From positions 151,528,001 to 151,592,000 of the forward strand of contig OZ024742.1 in NCBI GenBank assembly GCA_964016885.1: a stretch of DNA of 64,000 bases, written 5' to 3'. Both the position numbers and the translations under genes were made by a program. The notes beneath the pieces were generated by a model. The model was given only the letters and a program-made list of their open reading frames with translations, did not search any database and was not told the origin of the DNA. This DNA is from Eledone cirrhosa (taxonomy: Eukaryota). The stretch's first letter is position 1; every line of letters begins with the position of its first letter. This document shows positions 52,244 to 64,000 of the stretch, piece by piece.

Positions 52244-52430
52244 ATATTAAAATATAAGCATTAATAAAATAGATGTTCTTTTGATCAATTACATTTTATT
52301 ATACATATTTCGGATGTACAACAGTGCGTTCTCGTCTGATGAGGACGTACTGTTGTACATCCGAAATATGGATAATAAAATGTAATTGATCAAAAGAACA
52401 TCTATTTTATTAATACTTATATTTTAATAT
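52244..52430. repeat. ~187-bp near-perfect palindrome centred on a hammerhead core (CTGATGA 52336-52342, GAAA 52363-52366; stem I 5' strand absent)
   Basis: Arms are reverse-complementary; stem II gga(c)gtac-tgtt-gtac(a)tcc. Confidence 0.85.
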
Positions 52431-52561
52431 ATATAAAATATATATATATATATATAAATATATATATAGATCGATATATATATGAAAAAATATATATATA
52501 AATATATATATATATATAAAAAATATATATATATATATATAAACATATATATAAAAATATA

Positions 52562-52596
<35 letters not shown>

Positions 52597-52778
52597 TTAT
52601 ATATATTAGAAAGTGAGGTTTTTTTTACAAAATGAAAAATAACCGAGGTGTCCTACACGAGTGAAAGTATAAAGAAAAAGAGATGAAATCGAAAATGCAA
52701 CTGGAGTCTTATTTTTTTTTAAAATATATATATATTTATTTGTTGTGAGAAAAACCACAGACCCTCCATCTCAACTCA

Positions 52779-52816
52779 CCTTTTGAAAAGCAGAAGAACT
52801 GCGAAACCGGTAAAGG
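52779..52816 (+). ncRNA. Minimal hammerhead motif, U3/A8 variant core, inside a ~70-bp inverted repeat (52668-52894)
   Basis: cctt TTGAAAA gcag-aagaa-ctgc GAAA ccgg TA aagg; palindromic stem III accggt; aataaa follows. Confidence 0.85.
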
Positions 52817-52946
52817 AACCAAATAAATATATATATATTTTTAAAAAAAGTAAGACTCCAGTTACATTTTCGATTTCATCTCTTTTTCTTTATATATATA
52901 TATATATTTATATATATTTATATATATATATATATACATTTCTCTA

Positions 52947-53054
<108 letters not shown>

Positions 53055-53230
53055 TATATATATATATTAATATATATATATATATTTATATATATATATA
53101 CATATATATTTATATATATATATATTTATATATATATACATTTATATAAATATATATATTTATATATATATATGTATATATATATCTTTAATTTTATATA
53201 TATATATATATATATAAAATTAAAGATATA

Positions 53231-53362
<132 letters not shown>

Positions 53363-53375
53363 CATATATATATAC

Positions 53376-53508
<133 letters not shown>

Positions 53509-53711
53509 TATATATATATATTTCGTTTCTGAATTTGTTTAGCAAGATTCTTTATCTGAAATCGTGTGTTGAAACCGATATTGTTATACTTTGTGGAACC
53601 AACCAACCAACCAACCAGAAATTTATAAATTTATAAATTTATTATAATAAATTGAAGTGAAAGCAACTGGTGCGTGTGTTTCTTATTGGTAACATGACCC
53701 TCCCAAAGTAT

Positions 53712-53759
<48 letters not shown>

Positions 53760-54315
53760 AAAAAATAACACGGAATATAGAGGAGTGGAAGAAGAAATTA
53801 AGTATATGAAAGAACGGTGGGATATAGAGTGAGTGAGATTAATGCTCGAAAATTTTCGATGAATTGATATATACTTCCAATAAAAAACATTATGAAGCAA
53901 ACATTTCTTATCTCTTATAAATGTACCGGCAACATTGAAAAATATATACGTAATTTAAAAGAAAAATCGAAAAAATACAATTATCGTGTTTAAGCTGCTA
54001 TAAGAAAGAAATTTGGCAGACTATGCAATAACATAAAATAGGTTTTCATGAGCAGAGAAAACCTTACCTGCTTAGTAAGGGTTTATAAATGGTGTGATGA
54101 AAAATATAAATAACTAACAACTACTTGGCAGAACTTAGTCAATAGTTGAACACAACTTATTTAAATAAACTTGACGAAAGCGTGCATCCTCTTATTTATT
54201 GGTGTTTAAATCCTCATTATATATTCTTTGTTGTGTAAGGAGGGGAGAGGTCATTTTTCATTCAGCTTGCAGCAGAATCTGTGTGGTAGCCAGTATTTTG
54301 TTATATATATATATA

Positions 54316-54387
<72 letters not shown>

Positions 54388-54644
54388 TATACACAATAAA
54401 CCCATACACAAACATATATGTAGACCTAACACACGCAAACACACCCACACACTCACACACACACACAACCACATACACACACACACACACACACATACAC
54501 ACACACAAACACACACACAAAAAATATATCAATTCTGCAATCACATAATACCAATGTTAGATCCGGACGCTCACCAAACCCCTCGACACCTACCCCACAC
54601 GCCGGCCCATGCATTCATTCAATATTCGCTAAAATATCACCATT

Positions 54645-54820
54645 ATCGGTAGAGGGTTGGACACCATGCTTTGCAACGAAGAGTTACGGCCCTTTATGGT
54701 CTGAGTTCAAATCCCGGCGAGGTTAACTCTGCCTTTCACCCTTACGGGGTTGATAAAGTAAAGTACCAGTAATACACTGGGATAATTGATGGCCTTGTGC
54801 CAAATGTAGACACAATTATT
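54645..54820 (+). mobile_element. SINE (main family)
   Basis: atcggtagaggg..gagttcaaatccc..gcctttcacccttacgggg. Confidence 0.8.
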
Positions 54821-54847
54821 TTCTTAATATTTATATTCATCCATTCT

Positions 54848-55130
54848 GCTTAGTGGTTAGAGAGTTGTTTTCTAGAACGACAGGTTATGAGTTTGATTCC
54901 CAGACCGGGCGATGCGGCGTTCTATCTTTGAGTAAGATACTATTCCTTGTTGGTCCAGTTCACTTAGCTGTAGAAGCAAGTAGTGATGTCACTGGTGCCA
55001 AGCCTGGGTGATGTCGGTGGCCTGGAGATCGGTGACTGGTATTCATGGGCGACTGCTGGTCTTGAGTCTCGAAGGTAAATCTGTCTAGGTGCAAAGACCA
55101 TGATCATTCGAGACTGAAGGGGATTTACCT
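54848..55130 (+). mobile_element. Second tRNA-derived SINE family, degenerate
   Basis: A box gcttagtggttag, B box gtttgattcc, core-like ctttgagtaagatact..ccagttcacttagctg. Confidence 0.6.
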
Positions 55131-55845
55131 CTTTGTTTGCTTTTATTTAAGGCGCAGAAATTAAATGCTTAGGTTGAATGCGTGCTAAAAAAACAACCCC
55201 ACCAAAAAAACATAAAAAAAACAAAAAAACAACAACAAAAACACATACACACACGCCCCCCCCCCCCACACACACACCAAAAAAAAAAAAAACCAAAGAA
55301 AAGAAAAAAGGAATTAATACATATTTCGAACATTGTGTTTTCGTTTACATGCTGAGAACCGTATGTTTAGAATGAGTATTAGAAATTATCAGAAGTGGGT
55401 TGTCTATTTAGAATGTATTGAGAGATGATACGTAAGTATCAAGAGATCTAATGAGGGAACTGAATCTTACACGACACTTTATTTATTTGCTTTGAAATTT
55501 AACGTATTGACCAAGTGACTGACATTGTTATATCAAACTAGATCTCCGGTCATAGTCTGTCAGCTAACGAGCTCCGATTTGTGATCAGTCAACATGTAGT
55601 GTAATATATTAATGAATCTGTAATTAAGCATCTAATATCTCTTACGTTTGCTTCCCTTCTTTCGTAATTTGTTGAAGACAACTCATAGAGTTTCCAGACT
55701 TTAACAAGCTCGAAATTAATGTTTTTATTCTCGTCATCGCTTTATTCTCGTCAGCTAATATCTCATTAAAAACAGTCTGCTAATGTGTTAAAATGAAGAC
55801 AAATACTTCGGACATGCCAACAACGTTATGGCTTCTACTACCACC

Positions 55846-55885
<40 letters not shown>

Positions 55886-56084
55886 GAATCATTTAAGTAT
55901 TTTGCATTCTTTTCTTTCTTCTCGCCCTCTCCACAAATTCGTCCAGCCTATTACGAAGGCCATTAATTGTCTTATCAGTATTAGAAATAATCAGAAGCGG
56001 GCTGTCTATTTAAAATGTTATTTATCCTCTTAAAAAGGTCAGTATTCTATGTCTTGTTAAACCAATACACACAGTGAGCATTGC

Positions 56085-56575
56085 TACGATAGTTTGCTCT
56101 GAATTGCCACTTTTACATCGCATTACTACAATATTTAATACTAAATTACCCCTTTCACCTCTCATTGCTACTATATCTAACACTAAATTGCCCCTTTGAC
56201 GTCGCATTGCCACGTTATTTAGATATAAATTGCCCCTTTCACCTCTCGTTGCCAGAGTTTTAACACTAAATTTTCCCTTTCACATCACATTGCCACAATA
56301 TTTAACACTAAATTGCCCCTTTGACGTCGCTTTGCCATGGTATTCAGCACTAAATTGTCTCTTACATCTCTCATTGTCGCGGTATTCAACACTAAATTGT
56401 TCCTTTTACCTCTCATTGTCACAGTATTTAACACTAAACTATCCCTTACACCTCTCATTGTCACGTTATTTAGATATATATTGCTCCTTTCACCTCTCAT
56501 TGCCACAGTATTTAACACTACATTCTCCCTTTCACCGCTCATTGCTATGATATTTAGCTCTAAATTACTACTTTT
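56085..56575. repeat. 42-bp minisatellite, ~11-12 diverged units
   Basis: Unit approximately tatttaacactaaattgcccctttcacctctcattgccacag; 14-aa periodicity in the ORF track. Confidence 0.9.
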
Positions 56576-56699
56576 GCCTCGTACAAAGGAAGTCCTACTT
56601 GGCTGACTTAGTTAATCAGTGTATAGTTTATGAAAAGTGTGGCATCAACAGCAGAGATCAACTGCCGAATGGAGTTTGCGATTTTGTATTTGGATTCCT

Positions 56700-56950
56700 T
56701 CGATGGTGTGTCTGGAAGAAGACTCATATCTCCTTAAGGACGAAGATCCGTCTTTTCCGCACGCTGTTCTCCTCTTCAGCGCCGAGACCTGGGTCATTCT
56801 CCTACAAGACCTGAACAAGCTCGAGGTTTTCCAAATGCGTTGTTTTCGTCAGATCCTTGGTGTCTCTCACCGTGACCGAATCTGAAACAACAAAGTCCTA
56901 GAACAATTCCAGCAGCAGCCGACCATGGAAGACCAATCCCAGCAACGCAA
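56700..56950 (+). mobile_element. RTE-clade LINE fragment (post-RT C-terminal region)
   Basis: VWKKTHISLRTKIRLFR / VLLFSAETW..LEVFQMRCFRQILGVSHRDRI. Confidence 0.8.
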
Positions 56951-57160
56951 TTCATTAGCTGTTATGTCGTAAATACCAATACAAAGTAATAGTTCCAGCA
57001 GCAGCCGACCATGGACGACCAAACCCGACAACGCACTTCATTAGCTGTTATGTCGTAAATACCAATACAAAGTAATAGTTCCAGCAGCAGCCGACCATGG
57101 AAGACCAAAATCCGACAACGCACTTCATTAGCAGTTATGTCGTAAATACCAATACAAAGT
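56907..57160. repeat. Three tandem 86-bp units spanning the RTE/Dong junction
   Basis: ttccagcagcagccgaccatgg..ttcattagctgttatgtcgtaaataccaatacaaagt starting at 56907, 56993 and 57079. Confidence 0.9.
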
Positions 57161-57650
57161 TATAAAGAATTGGTATGAGTATGTGCCTAGTAAAGTAATA
57201 CAAGAGAATGGGAAAGCAACGATATTCTGGGATTATTATTTTCAGACTGATAGAGTAACAGAGAATCGCCGAGCAGACATTGTCGTATTGTACAAAATCT
57301 CAAATACTGCAGCCAAATGTCATGAATATTTCGAATAAAGAGGTTGAAAAAAATCATTGCGACTTTTAAGTGGTGATGGCAAGACTGGGGTGTGAGAGGG
57401 TAATATGAAAGTGATATCAGTTGTGATAGGAGCATTAGGGTCAATCCCATTGCAAGATTGGTGACAGTTGTGATACTTATATTTGGGTCAATACCAAGCA
57501 AGATTGGTGACATACAAAAATCAAACTTGATAGGCACTGCGCACATTTTAAGGAAAGTGATATCTGTCCGAGGGTCTTGTGACTTGACAGATGGTTAGTT
57601 ACTGTGGTGCCTTCTTCCATCTAGGCTGCGGGACAAAGTAATAATAATTA
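57124..57650 (+). mobile_element. 5'-truncated degenerate R4/Dong RLE fragment ending in short (TAA)n
   Basis: H*QLCRKY..KNWYEYVPSKVIQENGKATIFWDYYFQTDRVTENRRADIVV; VISVVIGALGSIP; IQKSNLIGTAHILRKV; taataataa at ~57639. Confidence 0.8.
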
Positions 57651-57689
57651 TAACATTAGTAATATTTTAGAGATATCCTTAACTAAATT

Positions 57690-58370
57690 ATGGTTCCTGA
57701 TTTAGGCACACGGCCAACAATTGTTGGGGAGGGGAGATTAATTAAATCGACACCAGTGCGTTACTTGTACTTTATTTTATCGACCCCGTAAGGATGAAAT
57801 GCAAAGCCAACCTTGGTTAAGCTAACTAAATAATTATTTCTATTTTAGGCACAAGGCCAGCAATTTGAAAAGTCGATTAAATTGACCACAGTGCATTACT
57901 GGTACTTTAATTTATCGATCCCGTAAGGATGAAAGACAAAGCCAATCTTGGCAAAGCCAACTAAATAATGGTTTCTTATATAGGCACAAGGCCAGGAATT
58001 CTGGGGAAGGGGAAAGTCGAATAAATCGACCTCAGTGCATGACTTTGTCGACCCCGTAAGGATGAAAGGTAACGCAAACCTTGGCAAAGGCAACTAAATA
58101 ATGGTTTCTTATATAGGCACAAGGCCAGCAATTCTGGGGAAGGGGGAAAGTCGAATAAATCGACCTCAGTGCGTGACTTTGTCGACCCCGTAAGGATGAA
58201 AGGTAACGCAAACCTTGGCAAAGGCAACTAAATAATGGTTTCTTATATAGGCACAAGGCCAGCAATTCTGGGGAAGGGGGAAAGTCGAATAAATCGACCC
58301 CAGTGCGTGACTTTGTCGACCCCGTAAGGATGAAAGGTAACGCAAACCTTGGCAAAGGCAACTAAATAAT
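57690..58370 (-). repeat. SINE-derived tandem array, ~134-bp unit, ~5 copies
   Basis: taggcacaaggccag..gtcgaccccgtaaggatgaaagg..caactaaataatg repeated; ORF starts at 58093, 58227 and 58361 are 134 bp apart. Confidence 0.9.
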
Positions 58371-58649
58371 GCAAGGTATTTCTTTTAAAGTACTGTTGAT
58401 TCTAACAATATACTGCTTCTTTTGAAGACATCTCATATGTTGTTTTGTGTAAATTTTGAGAGCCTTCATGTATTAGAAAGATAAATGTATCACATTTGTT
58501 AATAGTCTTCAGTCAAGTTTTCCAAAACTTGCAGATATTTATTTATCTAACATTAAAACTGTCCACAAACCAAGTATTTCTTATTTATCAACAAGAAATA
58601 TTTTAACATTTTTTACATGTTGCTTTTCCTTTGAAATACATACCAAGGT

Positions 58650-61600
58650 GCTGTTTTCGTTGTCGTTATTTTTGTTCTTGACTTTGTTGTTGCTGTTGTT
58701 ATTGTTGTTGCTGTTATTGCTGTTGTTAGTGTTTTTCTTGTTATTATTGTTGCTTTTATTGTTGTTGATATTGACGTTCTTGTTACTGTTGTTACTGTTA
58801 TTGCTGTTGTTGTTATTGTTATTGTTGTCGTTCTTGCTACTGTTGTTACTGTTATTGCTGTTGCTGTTATTGTTATTGCTGTTGTTGTTATTGTTATTGT
58901 TGTCGTTCTTGCTATTGTTGTTACTGTTATTGCTGTTGCTTCTTGTTGTTATTGTTGACGTTCTTGCTATTGTTGTTACTGTTATCGCTGTTGCTGTTGT
59001 TGTTATTGTTGACGTTCTTGTTATTGTTGTAACTGTTATTGCTGTTGTTGTTATTGTTGTCGTTCTTGCTATTGTTGTTACTGTTATTGCTGTTGTTGTT
59101 ATTGTTGTTACTGTTATTGCTATTGTTGTTACTGTTATTGCTATTGTTGTTATTGTTATTGTTGTCGTTCTTGCTATTGTTGTTACTGTTATTGCTGTTG
59201 TTGTTATTGTTATTGTTGTCGTTCTTGCTATTGTTGTTACTGTTATTGCTGTTGTTGTTATTGTTATTGTTCTTGCTATTGTTGTTACTGTTATTGCTGT
59301 TGTTGATATTGTTATTGTTGTCGTTCTTGCTATTGTTGTTACTGTTATTGCTGTTGTTGTTATTGTTATTGTTCTTGCTATTGTTGTTACTGTTATTGCT
59401 GTTGTTGTAATTGTTATTGTTCTTGCTATTGTTGTTACTGTTATTGATGTTGTTGTTATTGTTATTACTGTCGTTCTCGCTATTGTTGTTACTGTTATTG
59501 CTGTTGTTGTTATTGTTATTGTTCTTGCTACTGTTGTTACTGTTATTGCTGTTGTTGTAATTGTTATTGTTCTTGCTATTGTTGTTACTGTTATTGCTGT
59601 TGTTGTTATTGTTATTGTTGTCGTTCTTGCTATTGTAGTTACTGTTATTGCTGTTGTTGTTATTGTTATTGTTCTTGCTATTGTTGATACTGTTATTGCT
59701 GTTGTTGTTATTGTTGTCATTCTTGCCATTGTTGTTACTGTTATTGCTGTTGTTGTTATTGTTGTCGTTCTTGCTATTGTTGTTACTGTTATTGCTGTTG
59801 TTGTTATTGTTGTCATTCTTGCTATTGTTGTTACTATTATTGCTGTTGTTGTTATTGTTATTGTTGTCGTTCTTGCTATTGTTGTTACTGTTATTGCTGT
59901 TGTTGTTATTGTTATTGTTCTTGCTGTTGTTGTTACTGTTATTGCTATTGTTGTTATTGTTATTGTTCTTGATATTGTTGTTACTGTTATTGCTGTTGTT
60001 GTTATTGTTATTGTTGTCGTTCTTGCTATTGTTGTTACTGTTATTGCTGTTGTTGTTATTGTTATTGTTCTTGCTGTTGTTGTTACTGTTATTGCTATTG
60101 TTCTTATTGTTATTGTTCTTGCTATTGTTGTTACTGTTATTGCTGTTGTTGTTATTGTTATTGTTGTCGTTCTTGCTATTGTTGTTACTGTTATTGCTGT
60201 TGCTTCTTGTTGTTATTGTTCTTGCTATTGTTGTTACTGTTATTGCTGTTGTTGTTATTGTTATTGTTGTCGTTCTTGCTATTGTTGTTACTGTTATTGC
60301 TGTTGTTGTTATTGTTATTGTTCTTGCTACTGTTGTTACTGTTATTGCTGTTGTTGTAATTGTTGTCGTTCTTGCTATTGTTGTTACTGTTATTGCTGTT
60401 GTTGTTATTGTTGTCGTTCTTGCTATTGTTGTTACTGTTATTGCTATTGTTGTTACTGTTATTGTTGTCGTTCTTGCTACTGTTGTTACTGTTATTGCTG
60501 TTGTTGTTATTGTTGTCGTTCTTGCTATTGTTGTTACTGTTATTGCTATTGTTGTTACTGTTATTGTTGTCGTTCTTGCTATTGTTGTTACTGTTATTGC
60601 TATTGTTGTTATTGTTATTGTTGTCGTTCTTGCTATTGTTGTTACTGTTATTGCTGTTGTTGTTATTGTTATTGTTGTCATTCTTGCTATTGTTGTTACT
60701 GTTATTGCTATTGTTGTTACTGTTATTGTTGTCGTTCTTGCTACTGTTGTTACTGTTATTGCTGTTGTTGTTATTGTTGTCGTTGTTGCTATTGTTGTTA
60801 CTGTTATTGCTATTGTTGTTATTGTTATTGTTGTCGTTCTTGCTATTGTTGTTACTGTTATTGCTGTTGTTGTTATTGTTATTGTTGTCGTTCTTGTTAT
60901 TGTTGTTACTGTTATTGCTGTTGTTGTTATTGTTATTGTTGTCGTTCTTGCTATTGTTGTTACTGTTATTGCTGTTGTTGTTACTGTTATTGTTGTCGTT
61001 CTTGCTACTGTTGTTACTGTTATTGCTATTGTTGTTATTGTTATTGTTGTCGTTCTTGCTATTGTTGTTACTGTTATTGCTATTGTTGTTACTGTTATTG
61101 TTGTCGTTCTTGCTACTGTTGTTACTGTTATTGCTATTGTTGTTATTGTTATTGTTGTCGTTCTTGCTATTGTTGTTACTGTTATTGCTATTGTTGTTAC
61201 TGTTATTGTTGTCGTTCTTGCTACTGTTGTTACTGTTATTGCTATTGTTGTTATTGTTATTGTTGTCGTTCTTGCTATTGTTGTTACTGTTATTGCTATT
61301 GTTGTTACTGTTATTGTTGTCGTTCTTGTTATTGTAGTTACTGTTATTGCTGTTGTTGTTACTGTTATTGCTGTTGTTGTTATTGTTATTGTTGTCGTTC
61401 TTGCTATTGTTGTTACTGTTATTGCTATTGTTGTTACTGTTATTGCTGTTGTTGTTATTGTTATTGTTGTCGTTCTTGCTATTGTTGTTACTGTTATTGC
61501 TGTTGTTGTTATTGTTATTGTTCTTGCCATTGTTGTTACTGTTATTGCTGTTGTTGTTATTGTTATTGTTCTTGCTATTGTTGTTACTGTTATTGCTATT

Positions 61601-62588
61601 GTTGTTATTGTTATTGTTCTTGCTATTGTTGTTACTGTTATTGCTGTTGTTGTTATTGTTATTGTTGTCGTTCTTGCTATTGTAGTTACTGTTATTGCTG
61701 TTGTTGTTATTGTTATTGTTGTCGTTCTTGCTATTGTTGTTACTGTTATTGCTATTGTTGTTATTGTTATTGTTCTTGCTATTGTTGTTACTGTTATTGC
61801 TGTTGTTGTTATTGTTATTGTTGTCGTTCTTGCTATTGTTGTTACTGTTATTGCTGTTGTTGTTATTGTTATTGTTCTTGCTATTGTTGTTACTGTTATT
61901 GCTATTGTTGTTATTGTTATTGTTCTTGCTATTGTTGTTACTGTTATTGCTGTTGTTGTTATTGTTATTGTTGTCGTTCTTGCTATTGTTGTTACTGTTA
62001 TTGCTGTTGTTGTTATTGTTATTGTTCTTGCTATTGTTGTTACTGTTATTGCTATTGTTGTTATTGTTATTGTTCTTGCTATTGTTGTTACTGTTATTGC
62101 TGTTGTTGTTATTGTTATTGTTGTCGTTCTTGCTATTGTTGTTACTGTTATTGCTGTTGTTGTTATTGTTATTGTTCTTGCTATTATTGTTACTGTTATT
62201 GCTATTGTTGTTATTGTTATTGTTCTTGCTATTGTTGTTACTGTTATTGCTGTTGTTGTTATTGTTATTGTTCTTGCTACTGTTGTTACTGTTATTGCTG
62301 TTGTTGTTATTGTTATTGTTGTCGTTCTTGCTATTGTAGTTACTGTTATTGCTGTTGTTGTTATTGTTATTGTTGTCGTTCTTGCTATTGTAGTTACTGT
62401 TATTGCTATTGTTCTTATTGTTATTGCTGTTGTTGTTATTGTTGTCGTTCTTGTTATTGTAGTTACTGTTATTGCTATTGTTGTTATTGTTATTGTTGTC
62501 GTTCTTGTTATTGTTGTTACTGTTATTGCTCTTGTTGTTACTGCTGTTACTGTCATTGTTGTTCCGGTTACTGTTGTTGCAGTTATTG
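58650..62588. repeat. 3.9-kb higher-order triplet minisatellite (48/51/54-bp units derived from GTT/ATT/GCT/ACT)
   Basis: Unit gttcttgctattgttgttactgttattgctgttgttgttattgttatt(gttgtc); the long ORFs in most frames result from this composition. Confidence 0.95.
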
Positions 62589-62909
62589 TCTTTTACCCCC
62601 AGATCCAGTAAGAAAAGATATTCCAGTCGTGACAATTACGTCTTTTATCCAGACAGTATTCTTAAATCTACATTATCCAGTGTTCTTCGTGTCCTTTATC
62701 CTGACAGTCAGATGTGATTTGATCACAATGTCTTGCAGATCGAATGACCAGAAACTCTTTCTCGTCAGCTCTTATTGAAATGGACCTACATCTGTTTTCA
62801 CGAGGGGTGTTCCAGTTGGTAATCAAAGGATCAAACACCCACTTCCTGAAATTAAGGTGCAAATCAATTGTTATTTAAGATTCTCTTATCTCTATTTTCT
62901 TGAAGGTTA

Positions 62910-63320
62910 TGGCGGGGGATTGACAGAATCGTTAGCACGTTGGATAAAATACTTTGTGACATTTAAATCAGGACCATTAAATTGTGAGTTCAAATAGATC
63001 AAAGACAACTTTGATTTTTATCATTCCGGGGTTGATAAAATAAAGTGCCAGTGAAGAACTTGGATCGAAATAATCGACTTGTCTATCCTCCTAACTAGGC
63101 CTTAGATTGGCATTGTCGGTAGAGCATCGGACATCGTGCCTTTCCGCATAGAGTTACGGCTCTTTACGTTCTGTGTTCGAATCCCATCGAGATTAACTTT
63201 GCATTTCATCCTTACGGGATCGATAAAATAAAGTATCAGTAATGCACAGGGGTCGATTTAATCGACTTTCTTCACTCCACTTAAAATTTCTGGCCTTATG
63301 CCTGAAGTAGAAACAATTAT
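62910..63320 (+). mobile_element. Two tandem SINE copies
   Basis: gagttcaaat/gttcgaatcc B boxes and tttcatccttacggg.tcgataaaataaagt cores. Confidence 0.8.
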
Positions 63321-63659
63321 TTTTCTGCCAGGGTGGTTTTACATGGATTTTGTCATTTCTGCTGTTGATGTGGTTTAGTCTTACGTCAAACCTGATCTAA
63401 TGAACCTATTATGAAAAACTGTTACCGGCTCCTTGTTTAAAATGCATGGTCAACCAATGAGAAAGCCTTGTAGTTGTGTATCTCAGGTAACAATTTGTAT
63501 GACGAAATTTACAACTTTCTTTTGGAGTTTCATATTGTTGAGGAGGTTTTACGTCTGGTATTTCTGTTAGATTGTATTTAGGTACGACCAATGTTTTATA
63601 TATACACATGCACTCCAAACATTCAGGCACATACAACACTCACATATGTGTATATACGA

Positions 63660-63752
<93 letters not shown>

Positions 63753-64000
63753 TATAGATCTTAATATATCTAGTTATATAAATGCGCATATATATATATA
63801 TAAAATTGCAAGTTTAAAGAATTATTAGATAAAATATACACAGTCTTTCCTCTCCCTAGTCCGTAGAAATCAACCATATAAATAATCATTTAAACGAGGC
63901 TATAAGTTTAAAATGTAACTATGAAGAAATAATAGACAAATGATACAGACTATTTTCCGCGACGAACAGTCAGATAAAATTTATCTAGTCTTTCCTTTTA

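Noticed and set aside
56085-56575. CRISPR-like periodic array
   Set aside because: No unique spacers, eukaryotic context and no cas genes; it is a 42-bp minisatellite.
62601-62717. Possible terminal exon (ttttacccccag acceptor, SSKKRYSSRDNYVFYPDS..M*)
   Set aside because: Short, unrecognised peptide with no supporting upstream exons; needs RNA-seq.
58581-62778. Very long ORFs (up to 1376 aa) in several frames
   Set aside because: They result from a stop-poor triplet array; open in most frames, with no domain or clear start and splice context.
63427-63565. Possible minus-strand internal exon (EIPDVKPPQQYETPKESCKF..KQGA followed by gtaac)
   Set aside because: Weak acceptor and no recognisable homology; cannot be supported from sequence alone.

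Overview
Eukaryotic, AT- and microsatellite-rich DNA made almost entirely of transposable elements and simple repeats. The tRNA-derived SINE family and repeat spectrum look like an octopus/cephalopod genome (inference). No host protein-coding gene is confidently identifiable. Contents: (1) three long Tx1/L1-clade APE-RT retrotransposons plus one 5'-truncated copy; (2) an intact 1130-aa R4/Dong-type RT-RLE ORF and three further RLE-element remnants; (3) CR1-like and RTE-like LINE fragments; (4) two Penelope-like element (PLE) fragments; (5) two non-autonomous Helitrons and a foldback/MITE; (6) many SINEs and several minisatellites, including a 3.9-kb triplet-based array. Two features stand out. 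First, a guild of microsatellite-associated retrotransposons with different apparent targets: Tx1 families in (TTA)n versus (TATC)n, Dong/R4 in (TAA)n on the opposite strand, and an RLE element in (TACA)n. One (TTA)n tract is split by three insertions. Second, seven complete and one partial type I hammerhead-ribozyme motifs, five of them within 2 kb at 50.8-52.8 kb. Two carry the compensatory UUGAAAA core, and several sit in short ORF-less units with inverted partial copies embedded in (TA)n. All alignments and folds were done by eye.
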